Part shown: one piece after another, positions 30,495 through 40,341 of the stretch
How positions within the stretch are numbered: position 1 is the stretch's first letter
Layout of the letters: the number at the start of each line of letters is the position of its first letter
Source: a virus
Lineage: Duplodnaviria > Caudoviricetes
IMG/VR virus record: IMGVR_UViG_3300031867_000001
Span: 1 to 64,000 of that record
DNA length: 64,000 nucleotides
Reading direction: 5' to 3' (one strand)
The notes under the pieces: generated by a model
Told to the model about the DNA's origin: nothing
What the model saw: the letters and a program-made list of their open reading frames with translations, nothing else
Databases searched by the model: none
Translations under genes and position numbers: made by a program

Positions 30495-32591
30495 ATGAGT
30501 AAACTTTCTAAAGCAGCAAAGGAAATGTCCGCCCAGGACAAGACACGCAAGGAGCTTCATTTAGATGAAGCACATAAGAATCACATGGGTGGTGATTCTT
30601 ACGAACTCAATCCGCTTGAGACACTTAAGCTGATTGCATGCTCTTCCATCTTTGGTGAAGCAAAGTATTATAAGGAGTATGAAAAGGATTACAAGCCACA
30701 TAATCCAGAAACCGGCGGTAGAAGTTTTTCGACTTGGTATACGGAAACACGTATGGACTTCAACACAATCGCTGTTGATCTGTCTATCAAGCCAGTTGTT
30801 TCTTGTGACGTTCTGAGAACCAAATCCACATCTGAAGTATTCGAGGAAGCAATTGATGCTGCACTTGATTACGACTTCCGTGGAACAATCAGGTTTGCAA
30901 TGGATCTTCGTACTGAATACTTCATGCGTTTGAATCCACAAATCATTATGGTACGTGCCGCAATTCATCCGAAGCGTAAGGAATTCACTGAAAAGAATCC
31001 CGGTATGTTCGCTGCAGCACAGATGGTTGTTATGAAGCGTGCGGATGAACCCGCAGCACAGCTTGCATATTATTTGTATCTCAACAAGGGCAAGAAGAAT
31101 CAGCTTCCTTCCATCCTTAAGAGATCTATCGCACTTAAGCTTGGTAAACTGAGCAAGTATCAGGTTAACAAGTATAAGAATGCAGAGATTGGCATGATCA
31201 ATGCTGTACGTCTGACTCATGCATCATCTCCCGTTCTTGATGAACTGATGCAGACTGGATCTGTCAAAGTCGATGAGGAAGACAAGACATGGGAACAGCT
31301 TCGTTCCGGTGGTATGTCTTGGCAGGAGATTGTTGATAAGGGCGTAATGCCCCATATGGCAATGCTCCGTAATATCAGAAACGTATTCAAGGAAGTTGAG
31401 GATCTTGACTTCTGCAAGAAGTACATGACCAAGTTAAAGGATGGAGTCCTCAAGGGCAAACAGTTCCCGTTCAGATACAAGTCTGCATACGATGTTGTGA
31501 AAGAGGACTATAGAATCAATCATCGTGCATATATCATGGATACACTGGAAGAGTGTATCGATATCTCAATCGACAATCTTCCGAAGCTGAAAGGTACAAC
31601 TGTATGCTTGTCGGATAACTCTGGTTCTGCATGGGGTGCTGTAACATCCGAATATGGTAGTACCACAATTGCTGAGATCGACAACCTGTCATCTGTAATC
31701 GCTGCCAAATGCTCCGATGAAGGATCTGTTATCAAGTTTGGTGATAGATACAAAGAGTATCCAATCTCTAAGAGAAATGGTGCACTTAGTATTGCAGAAA
31801 CTGTCAATGAAACAGGTGGTCATGATGTTGGACTGCAAACAGAAGGCGGTGTTTGGAAATGGTTCGCTCATGTCCTTGATAATGAGATCAAGGTCGACAA
31901 CATTTTCATCTTCTCTGACATGCAGGCTGGAACCGGTGGTTTGTATGGTACTGACGAAGACATGAGAGATTATATCCGTGGCGGATATGGTTGCAGAATC
32001 CGCAGCAGATATGGAGAACAGTTTGGATTCATCAATGTATTCAAACTCATTCTTGCATACAGAAAGCATGTTAACCCCAAGGTTAATGTGTTCACTGTAC
32101 AGACTGCTGGATACGGTGATGCGGTCGTTCCGATGATGACTTACAGATGTGCCATTCTTACTGGTTGGACTGGTAAGGAAGTTCAGTTCGCCGCTGAATA
32201 CATTAAGCAGTGGGATGAGATCGAAGCTAAGCGTGAGTCTCAGAAGAAGAAGATTGATGATGCATCCATTCTCAATCAAATTACTAAGGAAGATGTAATT
32301 GAAGCAACTGAAGCTTATGAGCATAATCAGAAAGTTATGACTGATATTGCAAAGACGATCTTTTCTGATAAGCAATATCCTGATGCAGATGATAAAGAGC
32401 TTCTTAAACAATTCGACGAGCAGATTAATGGTAAACCGAAGCTTGTTGATGAATCCAAGCAAGAAGCATTCGATAAGTTGACAAAGGACATGTCACCAAT
32501 CGGTATTATCGCTTTGAAGTCACTGTTGAATGCGTATGCAAAGATGGATGATGACGAGCGTAAGAAGTTCTTTGAAGATATCAGCGAGTAA
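30495..32591 (+). CDS. Ro60/Rsr-like TROVE + vWA domain RNA-binding protein
   Basis: NHMGGDSY N-terminus, YQVNKY, MPHMAMLRNIRN, KQFPFRY, MIDAS DNSGS, IFSDMQ; ATG 30495 after AGGAGG. Confidence 0.9.
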   Translation: MSKLSKAAKEMSAQDKTRKELHLDEAHKNHMGGDSYELNPLETLKLIACSSIFGEAKYYKEYEKDYKPHNPETGGRSFSTWYTETRMDFNTIAVDLSIKPVVSCDVLRTKSTSEVFEEAIDAALDYDFRGTIRFAMDLRTEYFMRLNPQIIMVRAAIHPKRKEFTEKNPGMFAAAQMVVMKRADEPAAQLAYYLYLNKGKKNQLPSILKRSIALKLGKLSKYQVNKYKNAEIGMINAVRLTHASSPVLDELMQTGSVKVDEEDKTWEQLRSGGMSWQEIVDKGVMPHMAMLRNIRNVFKEVEDLDFCKKYMTKLKDGVLKGKQFPFRYKSAYDVVKEDYRINHRAYIMDTLEECIDISIDNLPKLKGTTVCLSDNSGSAWGAVTSEYGSTTIAEIDNLSSVIAAKCSDEGSVIKFGDRYKEYPISKRNGALSIAETVNETGGHDVGLQTEGGVWKWFAHVLDNEIKVDNIFIFSDMQAGTGGLYGTDEDMRDYIRGGYGCRIRSRYGEQFGFINVFKLILAYRKHVNPKVNVFTVQTAGYGDAVVPMMTYRCAILTGWTGKEVQFAAEYIKQWDEIEAKRESQKKKIDDASILNQITKEDVIEATEAYEHNQKVMTDIAKTIFSDKQYPDADDKELLKQFDEQINGKPKLVDESKQEAFDKLTKDMSPIGIIALKSLLNAYAKMDDDERKKFFEDISE

Positions 32592-32663
32592 ATAACATGT
32601 ATAAGTTACCCGGGCGGAAAGCCCGGGTAATGTTATTTTTTATATTTATATAATTTAAATGAG

Positions 32664-32826
32664 ATCCAATCAGAATACTGATGAAATTGACGGATTGGAA
32701 ATATCCGTATAAAGGAGGTGATAATCCATGGGTGAAATTATCACCGGAGAGGAAATCTTTCTCGGTTAATTTTTGATTAAAACTCATCCATATATAAACC
32801 AACGTATCACAGTGTTCTGATTGGAT
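32664..32826 (+). ncRNA. candidate structured RNA/leader
   Basis: 17-bp closing stem ATCCAATCAGAATACTG/CAGTGTTCTGATTGGAT with internal hairpins. Confidence 0.5.
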
Positions 32827-32857
32827 TAATCATTAGTCATATAAGGAGGAAAAAGAT

Positions 32858-33076
32858 ATGAAGTATCGAGTTCGAAAGAAAAGAATGAATCGAAAGTCTC
32901 GTCATGTGTTAAAATTTATTCGCATGAGACTCAACGATCCATGGACCATGGCGAATGAGCTGAAGTATTATATTCGATTTGCAAACTTTCCCACAAAGAC
33001 GAACGATACGTTGTGGACTGCATATTTGCGATTAAAGCGGATTCACCCCCGCCAAATCGATATTACCAAAATATGA
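32858..33076 (+). CDS. small basic protein
   Basis: MKYRVRKKR; paralog of 33430-33672. Confidence 0.6.
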   Translation: MKYRVRKKRMNRKSRHVLKFIRMRLNDPWTMANELKYYIRFANFPTKTNDTLWTAYLRLKRIHPRQIDITKI

Positions 33077-33102
33077 GTAAACATTTTAAGGAGGAAAAAG
33101 AA

Positions 33103-33414
33103 ATGAAAAAGGTTGAAAGACTCGAAGTATTGAAGGAACTTGTTGGTATGTTAACCGGTGAAGAGTTTCATGAAGATGGTTCTTTGAAACTCATCAACAA
33201 TCCCGTCATCAAGCGTATCCAGTCAAATGCACGAATCGTGTATATGACGGATACTGGTAGAGTATCCAGTTTCTACAAACTCGGCATGGTCGATCATTTT
33301 CCGATCATTGGATTTGAAGTGATTGAACATGACGAGTTCCATCGTGTTCTATATGCTGTACTTCATGTGAATGTCAACGGCAAAGATTGTCAGATCCCGA
33401 TTGTTGATATGTGA
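33103..33414 (+). CDS. hypothetical protein
   Basis: ATG 33103 after AAGGAGG. Confidence 0.65.
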   Translation: MKKVERLEVLKELVGMLTGEEFHEDGSLKLINNPVIKRIQSNARIVYMTDTGRVSSFYKLGMVDHFPIIGFEVIEHDEFHRVLYAVLHVNVNGKDCQIPIVDM

Positions 33415-33429
33415 GAGGAGAAATGACAT

Positions 33430-33672
33430 ATGAATTGGAGAATGAAGAAGAAGCGTAGAATAAGATTTTCTATGTTAATGCTTCATAAATTCCATCCACG
33501 TCGACGCTTGGTGGTTCCGATTACAACGAATGATACGCGTTGGACGTCGTGTTTGCGATTAAAGCGAGTTCATCATCGTCAACTTGAACGTCAATTTGAT
33601 CGTAATGTGACAATTGAAAAAAGATATGGAAATAAAGGAATATTACTGGTGATAAGAGGGGATGAAAAATGA
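33430..33672 (+). CDS. small basic protein
   Basis: MNWRMKKKR...TNDTRWTSCLRLKR. Confidence 0.6.
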   Translation: MNWRMKKKRRIRFSMLMLHKFHPRRRLVVPITTNDTRWTSCLRLKRVHHRQLERQFDRNVTIEKRYGNKGILLVIRGDEK

Positions 33673-33962
33673 ATCATCGTATCAAGAAAAAGAGATCATG
33701 TTTGCATGGTAACATGTATCGATTTAAGAATTATCATGCAAGAAGAGTGGTCGTTCGTTATGAACGACCCTTCGTCAAACAAGTTGTACTCGCACAATCA
33801 GCATGGCTGTTCCAGTTTCCAACAAAGTGGATTCTACACAAATATCCATTTGGAGAAGGGTATATCCATGTGTATGCTGACTGTCTGAAAAAGCGTATGC
33901 CGATTGCGGAAGCAATCGGTAGATACCATGAAAAAATGAGAAAGGGTGATAACAATGTATGA
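33669..33962 (+). CDS. small basic protein
   Basis: MNHRIKKKR; overlapping start/stop. Confidence 0.6.
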   Translation: MNHRIKKKRSCLHGNMYRFKNYHARRVVVRYERPFVKQVVLAQSAWLFQFPTKWILHKYPFGEGYIHVYADCLKKRMPIAEAIGRYHEKMRKGDNNV

Positions 33963-34374
33963 TGTATTGACAAAACATAGATACTACATTGTCAAGTATC
34001 GGAAGGGTCTGATTATGTACACTGATCCTGTTAAGATTGAACTCTCATTGATTGATCTTTCAAAGCTTGACGATGAAGTATATAAAACGGAAGTTGAAAA
34101 AGTATACAATCTGAGTGATTTCGAGAAAGAACTTCTCAAGAAGCTCAAACCTCTTGAGACTCAGACCGGTGGTGGAGCTGTGTGGTCCAAAGGTATTATG
34201 TTGATCAATCCCGATGAGCAGAACATCATTGACGAGCTCAAGAAGTATTCGTTCCACGAGATGATCGCAATCGATACAAATTGTTGGCATGCTAAATTTC
34301 TTAAGATTGTTGATGATTCGAATAATGAAATTAAATCATTAACATTAAAAGAGATCTCTGTTCTGTTCGGATAA
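33955..34374 (+). CDS. hypothetical protein
   Basis: ORF in the operon. Confidence 0.6.
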   Translation: MYDVLTKHRYYIVKYRKGLIMYTDPVKIELSLIDLSKLDDEVYKTEVEKVYNLSDFEKELLKKLKPLETQTGGGAVWSKGIMLINPDEQNIIDELKKYSFHEMIAIDTNCWHAKFLKIVDDSNNEIKSLTLKEISVLFG

Positions 34375-34388
34375 AAGGAGTAGATATT

Positions 34389-34856
34389 ATGAAAAAGGAA
34401 ATTGTTTCAAAAAATAAAAATAAAGTGTTTCATGAATCTAAAACTGGATTAAGAACATTTTGTTTATTCGAATTGCTAACTTCACATTGTGAAGATCATG
34501 ATACGACACTTACAAAATTACTGGAATATTACTCAGATGATGTATATCTGGATGATGAGATTCTTAAAGTTACAATTCCAAAAGTTGTTAGACCATGGGA
34601 TGATGTAATTAAACGGCAATTGAATGATCTGTTTAAACACAGAGATGAAGCCGTGTATAAAGCACTTATAATAGAGCTTGAATCAAAAGATAATATTAAT
34701 AGATGCAGACGGCTCGATCTTCAATTTGTTGGCGTCTATGATCTTGGTGATAAGATAGAAGTGTTATTCAAACCTCAATCAATCATTTTCAATGATGCTG
34801 TTTTGTTGTGCTGTTATCGGTACATACGATTGTACAATAAATATTATGGTGAGTAG
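34389..34856 (+). CDS. hypothetical protein
   Basis: AAGGAG RBS. Confidence 0.6.
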   Translation: MKKEIVSKNKNKVFHESKTGLRTFCLFELLTSHCEDHDTTLTKLLEYYSDDVYLDDEILKVTIPKVVRPWDDVIKRQLNDLFKHRDEAVYKALIIELESKDNINRCRRLDLQFVGVYDLGDKIEVLFKPQSIIFNDAVLLCCYRYIRLYNKYYGE

Positions 34857-34908
34857 GAAGGAGTAGATATCATGCATAAAGAATATATCGATAAGGAGGA
34901 ATAAAGAA

Positions 34909-35217
34909 ATGAATAAGCGAATCAAAAAGAAGAAACAGAAGTTAGCAGCAATGCACGCTTCTAAATGGAAGGATATAAAGCTCGTTAAAAAGCGGGCTCA
35001 CGCGACCCGTATTGAAGTTCAGCATGGTTCATGGGGGATGTTCCCCGATAAAGATAACTATGCAAGGTATCTTCGGAAAAAGCGTTGTTGTGATAAAAAC
35101 GAAGCCAAAATCGAACAACACTTCTTATTTGGAGAGATCTTGTTGATTGCAGCAGCAAACGAACGCAAAAAGGTGAAGAAGAAGTTGTTTGCGAAAGAAG
35201 GTAATTATAATGGCTAA
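34909..35217 (+). CDS. small basic protein
   Basis: MNKRIKKKK; AAGGAGG RBS. Confidence 0.6.
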   Translation: MNKRIKKKKQKLAAMHASKWKDIKLVKKRAHATRIEVQHGSWGMFPDKDNYARYLRKKRCCDKNEAKIEQHFLFGEILLIAAANERKKVKKKLFAKEGNYNG

Positions 35218-35797
35218 AGAAAAGCATCAACAGCTATCAAGATTTTTATGCTACATCCTGAGACACAAACCTGGTGATCTCCATCTGGTGATGGATCACG
35301 AGGGCTTTGTCAATGTTCAGCAACTCATCAAGAATGTCAACGAGTATACATCGTATGAAATCAATGAAGACATTCTTCGGGAGATTGTTGATACAGATAG
35401 CAAAGGTCGGTATGAATATACAGGTGATGAAATCAGATGTGTTCAGGGGCATTCAATTCCATGGGTCGATCCGAAACCCACAATCAAAGAACCACCGACG
35501 TATCTGTTTCATGGAACGACGATGGAAGCTTTTGAACTCATCAAGAACGATGGTGAAATCAAGAAGATGAAACGCCATGCAGTTCATATGCAAGCTGATG
35601 TTTTAAAAGCAGCACAATCGGCAGAAAGATGGTCTTCATCTGAACCGGTTGTTCTCGTCATTAATGCACATGCAATGCATAATGACGGATATGAATTTGG
35701 TGTAACAAGAAATAATGTTTGGTTGACAGATCATGTACCAACAAAATACATTTGCTGGTACATCGTCAATGAAAAATCGGAGGAGGTGCGGTTGTGA
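35210..35797 (+). CDS. kptA: RNA 2'-phosphotransferase (Tpt1/KptA)
   Basis: LSRFLCYILRH, DSKGRY, IRCVQGHS, LFHGT, MKRHAVHM, NNVWLTDHVP. Confidence 0.92.
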   Translation: MAKEKHQQLSRFLCYILRHKPGDLHLVMDHEGFVNVQQLIKNVNEYTSYEINEDILREIVDTDSKGRYEYTGDEIRCVQGHSIPWVDPKPTIKEPPTYLFHGTTMEAFELIKNDGEIKKMKRHAVHMQADVLKAAQSAERWSSSEPVVLVINAHAMHNDGYEFGVTRNNVWLTDHVPTKYICWYIVNEKSEEVRL

Positions 35798-36294
35798 TTG
35801 ATGATCTGGAGCTTAGAAGAGGTCCCGAATGGAATCATCGAGAGCAGGTTACTGAGGATACCTCAAGACTTGATGTGATAAGAAAAGCCGTTCATTATTG
35901 GTATGAGCAACTGTTCGCACATGTCAACGGATGGGATATGAAAATCTATCAGAGTGATGCCGGTGAAGACGTTTTCACCGGCGTGTATGCTTATAGGCTC
36001 AATGTTCATCTCAGAGGCATTATGACAGATGAGACATACACGGTCATCGATGATGATACCGACGAAGAGATCTGTTTCGGCATCGATAGCATTGACCATC
36101 TGAGATATGCTCGATTAGCCGCCATTCCCAAACTTGGTGAAAAGACAAGACACGTTCCAGATTTTGAATCAGAGATGATTGATGATCTTTATACGGAATT
36201 CGCTGATGGCATCACAGAGCCGGATTACGACGTGTATGAAAAATATTGGAAACTTCTTCCTGACGGAACGTATGAATTTATTGGAGGAGATTAA
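35794..36294 (+). CDS. hypothetical acidic protein
   Basis: GGAGGAGG RBS; overlapping start. Confidence 0.65.
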   Translation: MIDDLELRRGPEWNHREQVTEDTSRLDVIRKAVHYWYEQLFAHVNGWDMKIYQSDAGEDVFTGVYAYRLNVHLRGIMTDETYTVIDDDTDEEICFGIDSIDHLRYARLAAIPKLGEKTRHVPDFESEMIDDLYTEFADGITEPDYDVYEKYWKLLPDGTYEFIGGD

Positions 36295-36296
36295 AA

Positions 36297-37268
36297 ATGC
36301 TGAGAGTTGAGTTTTCAAAGAACAACCTGACACAGTTTCAATCTAACTTGAGCCAGATTCTCAATTTGATGAATCCTGCATCGGTTAAGATTGGAACTCA
36401 TCTTGATACCTATGCGGCAAAAGTGACCCTCGAACACAAGGGTCGCTATGATGAAACTTCCATGAAAATACTTAGCAAAGGTGCTCGTCTCGGAGAGGCA
36501 TTTTGTCCAACATGTGATGTGTTCGCATATGATCTTGATGAGAATGGTGATCCCGACAACTGTTATATGTTCAAGAAGCCAACTGCATATGACTGCAGTG
36601 CATATCCCGATCGAATCACTGTTGAGATTGAATTTGGTGAACTTTATTCTGGACCAAATATCGATGAAAAATGTAAAGAGGCTGAAAAACTGAGATACTG
36701 GTCAACGGTAATGCGTAAACTCATGAAAGAGGACCTTGATAAGAAATTTAATGATAAGGGGGATGATAATGTGTCAGCTGAATTAAATCGTATATCAAAA
36801 CATGAATATTATTTGAAGATCGCCGAAGCTGTATCTCTGAGAGGAACCTGCTTGAGACGTAAATTCGGTGCGATTATCGTTAAAGATGATCGTATCGTAT
36901 CAACCGGATATGTTGGTGCTCCCCGTGGAAGAATCAACTGTTGTGATCGTGGGAAGTGTTATCGTATGGAGCATAATGTTCCCAGTGGTCAACGCTATGA
37001 ACTTTGTAGAAGTACACATGCCGAGATGAATGCAGTCATTCAAGCGTCACCGGAAGAAATGAAATTTGCAACACTGTATCTTGTAGGAATCGAAAATGAC
37101 GGTTCTTACACAAATGCAGACTGCTGTTCGATGTGTAAGCGGGTAATCATTAATTCTGGTATTAACACTGTGATTGCACGTCAAGCTGATGGAAGCTTCA
37201 AAAAGATTCATGTAAATGAATGGATCAATGATGATGATTCATTAGATATCGACCATAAGGGATATTAA
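36297..37268 (+). CDS. dCMP deaminase (ComEB-like) with N-terminal extension
   Basis: TCLRRKFGAIIV, STGYVGAPRG, HAEMNA, CCSMCKR. Confidence 0.85.
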   Translation: MLRVEFSKNNLTQFQSNLSQILNLMNPASVKIGTHLDTYAAKVTLEHKGRYDETSMKILSKGARLGEAFCPTCDVFAYDLDENGDPDNCYMFKKPTAYDCSAYPDRITVEIEFGELYSGPNIDEKCKEAEKLRYWSTVMRKLMKEDLDKKFNDKGDDNVSAELNRISKHEYYLKIAEAVSLRGTCLRRKFGAIIVKDDRIVSTGYVGAPRGRINCCDRGKCYRMEHNVPSGQRYELCRSTHAEMNAVIQASPEEMKFATLYLVGIENDGSYTNADCCSMCKRVIINSGINTVIARQADGSFKKIHVNEWINDDDSLDIDHKGY

Positions 37269-37270
37269 TT

Positions 37271-37504
37271 ATGTTTGACCCTAAATTCATTAGATATACG
37301 CCAAGGTTTCTTGGTGTGTTGAATTCAATTGACCAATTGCCAAAAGAAGCATCTAATGGAGACATGTACATTGTAGAGGAACAAACCAAAGTCAATGTAG
37401 ATGGGGAGATGATCGATGCTACGTTAAGTACCGCATACGTCCGTTCATCGGACGTATGGATGGTATCTCAAACAGAAACAATTTATGAGGAGGAAAAGAA
37501 ATGA
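37271..37504 (+). CDS. hypothetical protein
   Basis: 77-aa ORF (LP...GDMYIV motif). Confidence 0.55.
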   Translation: MFDPKFIRYTPRFLGVLNSIDQLPKEASNGDMYIVEEQTKVNVDGEMIDATLSTAYVRSSDVWMVSQTETIYEEEKK

Positions 37505-38133
37505 AAACGATTGATTTGTTTGTAACGAAAGATGAGAAACTTGTGATGAAAATTCCGAAAGAATTTTCAAAATACACCGGGTTGGCAAAACTGAGAACGC
37601 CTTATATGACGCTCACTTCTTATAATGAGAATGGGGAATATAGCGGGTTTGATATTGCGCTTGTGGATATCAATCTTGAAGAAGGTTATGCTAAGTTCAT
37701 GGCTGGTACCAGCATTGCCAATCCACAAACTTTTACAATCAAATCTGCAGATGATCCAATCGTTATATTTGATGAGCATGACCCCGGTGTTGAGTATCAT
37801 ATCTTTGAAAAGACAGTTCAGTATGAGATCAATCAAGAGATCAAGGAAGGTTCATTATACAAGTTCCAGAATGCGTTTACAAATGAATGGTTCTTGGCAG
37901 TTGTTCAGAGTGTAGGATCATATCTTATTACTTTGAATAAACTTGACATAATAAGAAACAAAGATTACAATCCATCACTATATAGCTTGTGTCAAAATGA
38001 AGACATTTTCGGTATATGTGTATCTGATATGGTTTGTATTGAAAAATTTAAGAATTATGTCGTTACAGAACTCTTCGATCTAACTACGGCATTCGATGAT
38101 AATGACGAAGATGATATTGAGGAGGAAAAATAA
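37501..38133 (+). CDS. hypothetical protein
   Basis: GAGGAGG RBS. Confidence 0.65.
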   Translation: MKTIDLFVTKDEKLVMKIPKEFSKYTGLAKLRTPYMTLTSYNENGEYSGFDIALVDINLEEGYAKFMAGTSIANPQTFTIKSADDPIVIFDEHDPGVEYHIFEKTVQYEINQEIKEGSLYKFQNAFTNEWFLAVVQSVGSYLITLNKLDIIRNKDYNPSLYSLCQNEDIFGICVSDMVCIEKFKNYVVTELFDLTTAFDDNDEDDIEEEK

Positions 38134-38134
38134 A

Positions 38135-38377
38135 ATGAAAAAGAAAGGTTTCACATTGATTGAACTGGTTGTTGTATTGGTAATCATCGGTGTGTTAGCA
38201 CTGATCGTTGTAGCAGCGGTAATGGGATATAGTGAGTACCGTTATTCAGTAACGGATCAGAACGGCACAATATACTATACTGACAGTGTTGAGTATGATG
38301 GTAACAGAGTCATATTCGTTGACCAACATGGTCATTCTCACACACTGACATCTTACTCAATTGAAGAGATCGGATAA
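38135..38377 (+). CDS. type IV pilin-like protein (prepilin cleavage/methylation motif)
   Basis: MKKKG/FTLIELVVVLVIIGVLA. Confidence 0.85.
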   Translation: MKKKGFTLIELVVVLVIIGVLALIVVAAVMGYSEYRYSVTDQNGTIYYTDSVEYDGNRVIFVDQHGHSHTLTSYSIEEIG

Positions 38378-38391
38378 GGAGGACCATCATT

Positions 38392-39252
38392 ATGAAATTT
38401 GATGTAAAGAAAGCCGAGGATTTGTTATATGAAGGGAAATGGCATATACAAGATCATGACACCAAATTCCAATTCTATGGTATTCTCAAATCCATTCATC
38501 CGGATGAATTGACATTCCATATCATGGATCGAACATTTGGCATTAGTCGCGGAACATACACATTTCCAGCCGGTTCACATTTTAATTTACACAAGCTGAG
38601 ATTGGATAAAGATAAAAAAGAATGGATATTTTCATCGGGACCTAACCATATCATTGATTGGAAGGATATCACAGAAATGGATGATGTTGATGATACTATT
38701 AAGGAGGAACAGAACATGTCAGAAGATATCAAGGAAGAAAAGAATGTAACCGAATGGTTGCCGTGTGTTGTATCAGAAGATAAATGGACGATAAACGAAC
38801 ACATCAAGAGAGGTGATCATATTTGTCGAATTTTCAATGATAAGATTGATATCAAAGCAAATATGATAATCAAAACTGCCGGATATTATGTGATCTCCGT
38901 GCATTTGATTGATCAAGGTATTGACATCTTAAACATTGAGATTGATGAAAAATTGAGAGTATGTGCGACTCATTCTCCAGATGATTCTGGAATACCAGTC
39001 AGCATCAATAGCAATAAATTTAATCCGGAATTACGTGTCGGGAAGTTGTATCATTTTACCAATTCCAATAAGAATATTCAATACATGATACATGTAAAAT
39101 CTATAACTGATAATGCTATGGAGGTCCATGTCATCAGTTCGGTTAAAGAATCCAACGGTACAAGTTCACTCACAGTAATCGGTAGATCATTTGACATTGC
39201 AGAACTTCTCGAATATAAATTCAAGGAAGTTAATAATGGAGGTGATCAATAA
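38392..39252 (+). CDS. hypothetical protein
   Basis: AAGGAGG RBS; possible internal start near 38716. Confidence 0.65.
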   Translation: MKFDVKKAEDLLYEGKWHIQDHDTKFQFYGILKSIHPDELTFHIMDRTFGISRGTYTFPAGSHFNLHKLRLDKDKKEWIFSSGPNHIIDWKDITEMDDVDDTIKEEQNMSEDIKEEKNVTEWLPCVVSEDKWTINEHIKRGDHICRIFNDKIDIKANMIIKTAGYYVISVHLIDQGIDILNIEIDEKLRVCATHSPDDSGIPVSINSNKFNPELRVGKLYHFTNSNKNIQYMIHVKSITDNAMEVHVISSVKESNGTSSLTVIGRSFDIAELLEYKFKEVNNGGDQ

Positions 39253-39929
39253 TGAAAAGAGATTACACAATTGAAAATCTGGATCAGCAGCCAACATCTG
39301 ATATTTGTATCGGTGAGATATTCTTCAATAAAGATGACGGCAAATTATATACATGGCTTGAAACGTGGGACGAATTTGGGGTGAACCCAGCTGGTGGAAC
39401 ATACAACGCAGTATCACGTCGACTTCATGCACACAATATGACGCATATTCGTAAACGTGAAGCATTACAGTTTTTGGGTGAAGCTAATAGTAACGACCGG
39501 CTTAGTATGACATGGTCAGTTGAAAGATTCACAGAAATAAAGTGTTTCTTAAGACACATGATCAATGAATTCAACAGACGTCAAAATTGTGGCATTGAAT
39601 TGAACGATATCACATGGAGTGACAATGCTACAACAATTAAGATCGGATCGGTCAATATCGAAATGGCTGTCACTTTCATGGACAACAATAATGAATCCCA
39701 TTACAGCACACTTAATTTTGAACTGTTGATTTCTGGATACATGCAAATTGAATGTGTTGAAAATGACGTGTTGTTATTCCGAATTGCAGCAGACCCAATG
39801 TGTCGAATGTTTGATATCAAAGACAATCGTATTGATACTGTATATGAAACAAATAATGTTGAATCGGGTTTCAGTGGACATAAGTTCTACAATATGCTGT
39901 ATGATATGATTCAAGATTGGTTCGAATAA
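39252..39929 (+). CDS. hypothetical protein
   Basis: GGAGGTG RBS. Confidence 0.65.
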   Translation: MKRDYTIENLDQQPTSDICIGEIFFNKDDGKLYTWLETWDEFGVNPAGGTYNAVSRRLHAHNMTHIRKREALQFLGEANSNDRLSMTWSVERFTEIKCFLRHMINEFNRRQNCGIELNDITWSDNATTIKIGSVNIEMAVTFMDNNNESHYSTLNFELLISGYMQIECVENDVLLFRIAADPMCRMFDIKDNRIDTVYETNNVESGFSGHKFYNMLYDMIQDWFE

Positions 39930-39954
39930 TTTATATTATTCTGACAAGGACTAA

Positions 39955-40090
39955 TGTGTATATGTGGAATGATGCGGCGAAACAGTTACATCGATTAATT
40001 TGTATTTAATTGCCATAAGCGGTTCATTTCTAAATGATCAAATGCTGTGGATAAAAACTGTTTCGAATAATTCTCATTCCACATTACACA
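39955..40090 (+). ncRNA. Y RNA-like RNA, copy 1
   Basis: ATGTGGAATGA/TCATTCCACAT stem; GATGCGG..GAAACAGT-TACATCG...ACTGTTTC..ATTCTC. Confidence 0.7.
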
Positions 40091-40099
40091 TATAAATAC

Positions 40100-40182
40100 A
40101 TTTCCGATGCAGTGATATCAGTTACTTCGTCAATCTGTTAAATTGAAATGAGTACTAAACTGATATAGATATTCTCGGAAAT
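40100..40182 (+). ncRNA. Y RNA-like RNA, copy 2 (minimal)
   Basis: ATTTCCGA/TCGGAAAT; GATGCAG..ATATCAGT-TACTTCG...ACTGATAT..ATTCTC. Confidence 0.72.
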
Positions 40183-40197
40183 ATAACATATAAATAC

Positions 40198-40337
40198 ATT
40201 TAGCTGAAGCAGTCATTAACAGTTACTTCATACATATTTATGATTTTTAAGTTCGAATCTTAAGTTTGTAGCGTTTGTTTGCAATCTAAGTGGCTAAAGG
40301 AATGCCACATAACTGTTATGAATATCCTCAGCTAAAT
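40198..40337 (+). ncRNA. Y RNA-like RNA, copy 3 (YrlA-like, with T-arm)
   Basis: ATTTAGCTGA/TCAGCTAAAT; TAACAGT/ACTGTTA; internal TTAAG-TTCGAAT-CTTAA T-arm. Confidence 0.75.
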
Positions 40338-40341
40338 TTAT

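Noticed and set aside
32678-32705. Hammerhead ribozyme (CTGATGA...GAAA)
   Set aside because: No stem III/UH cleavage site in register; the CTG is taken up by the long closing stem.
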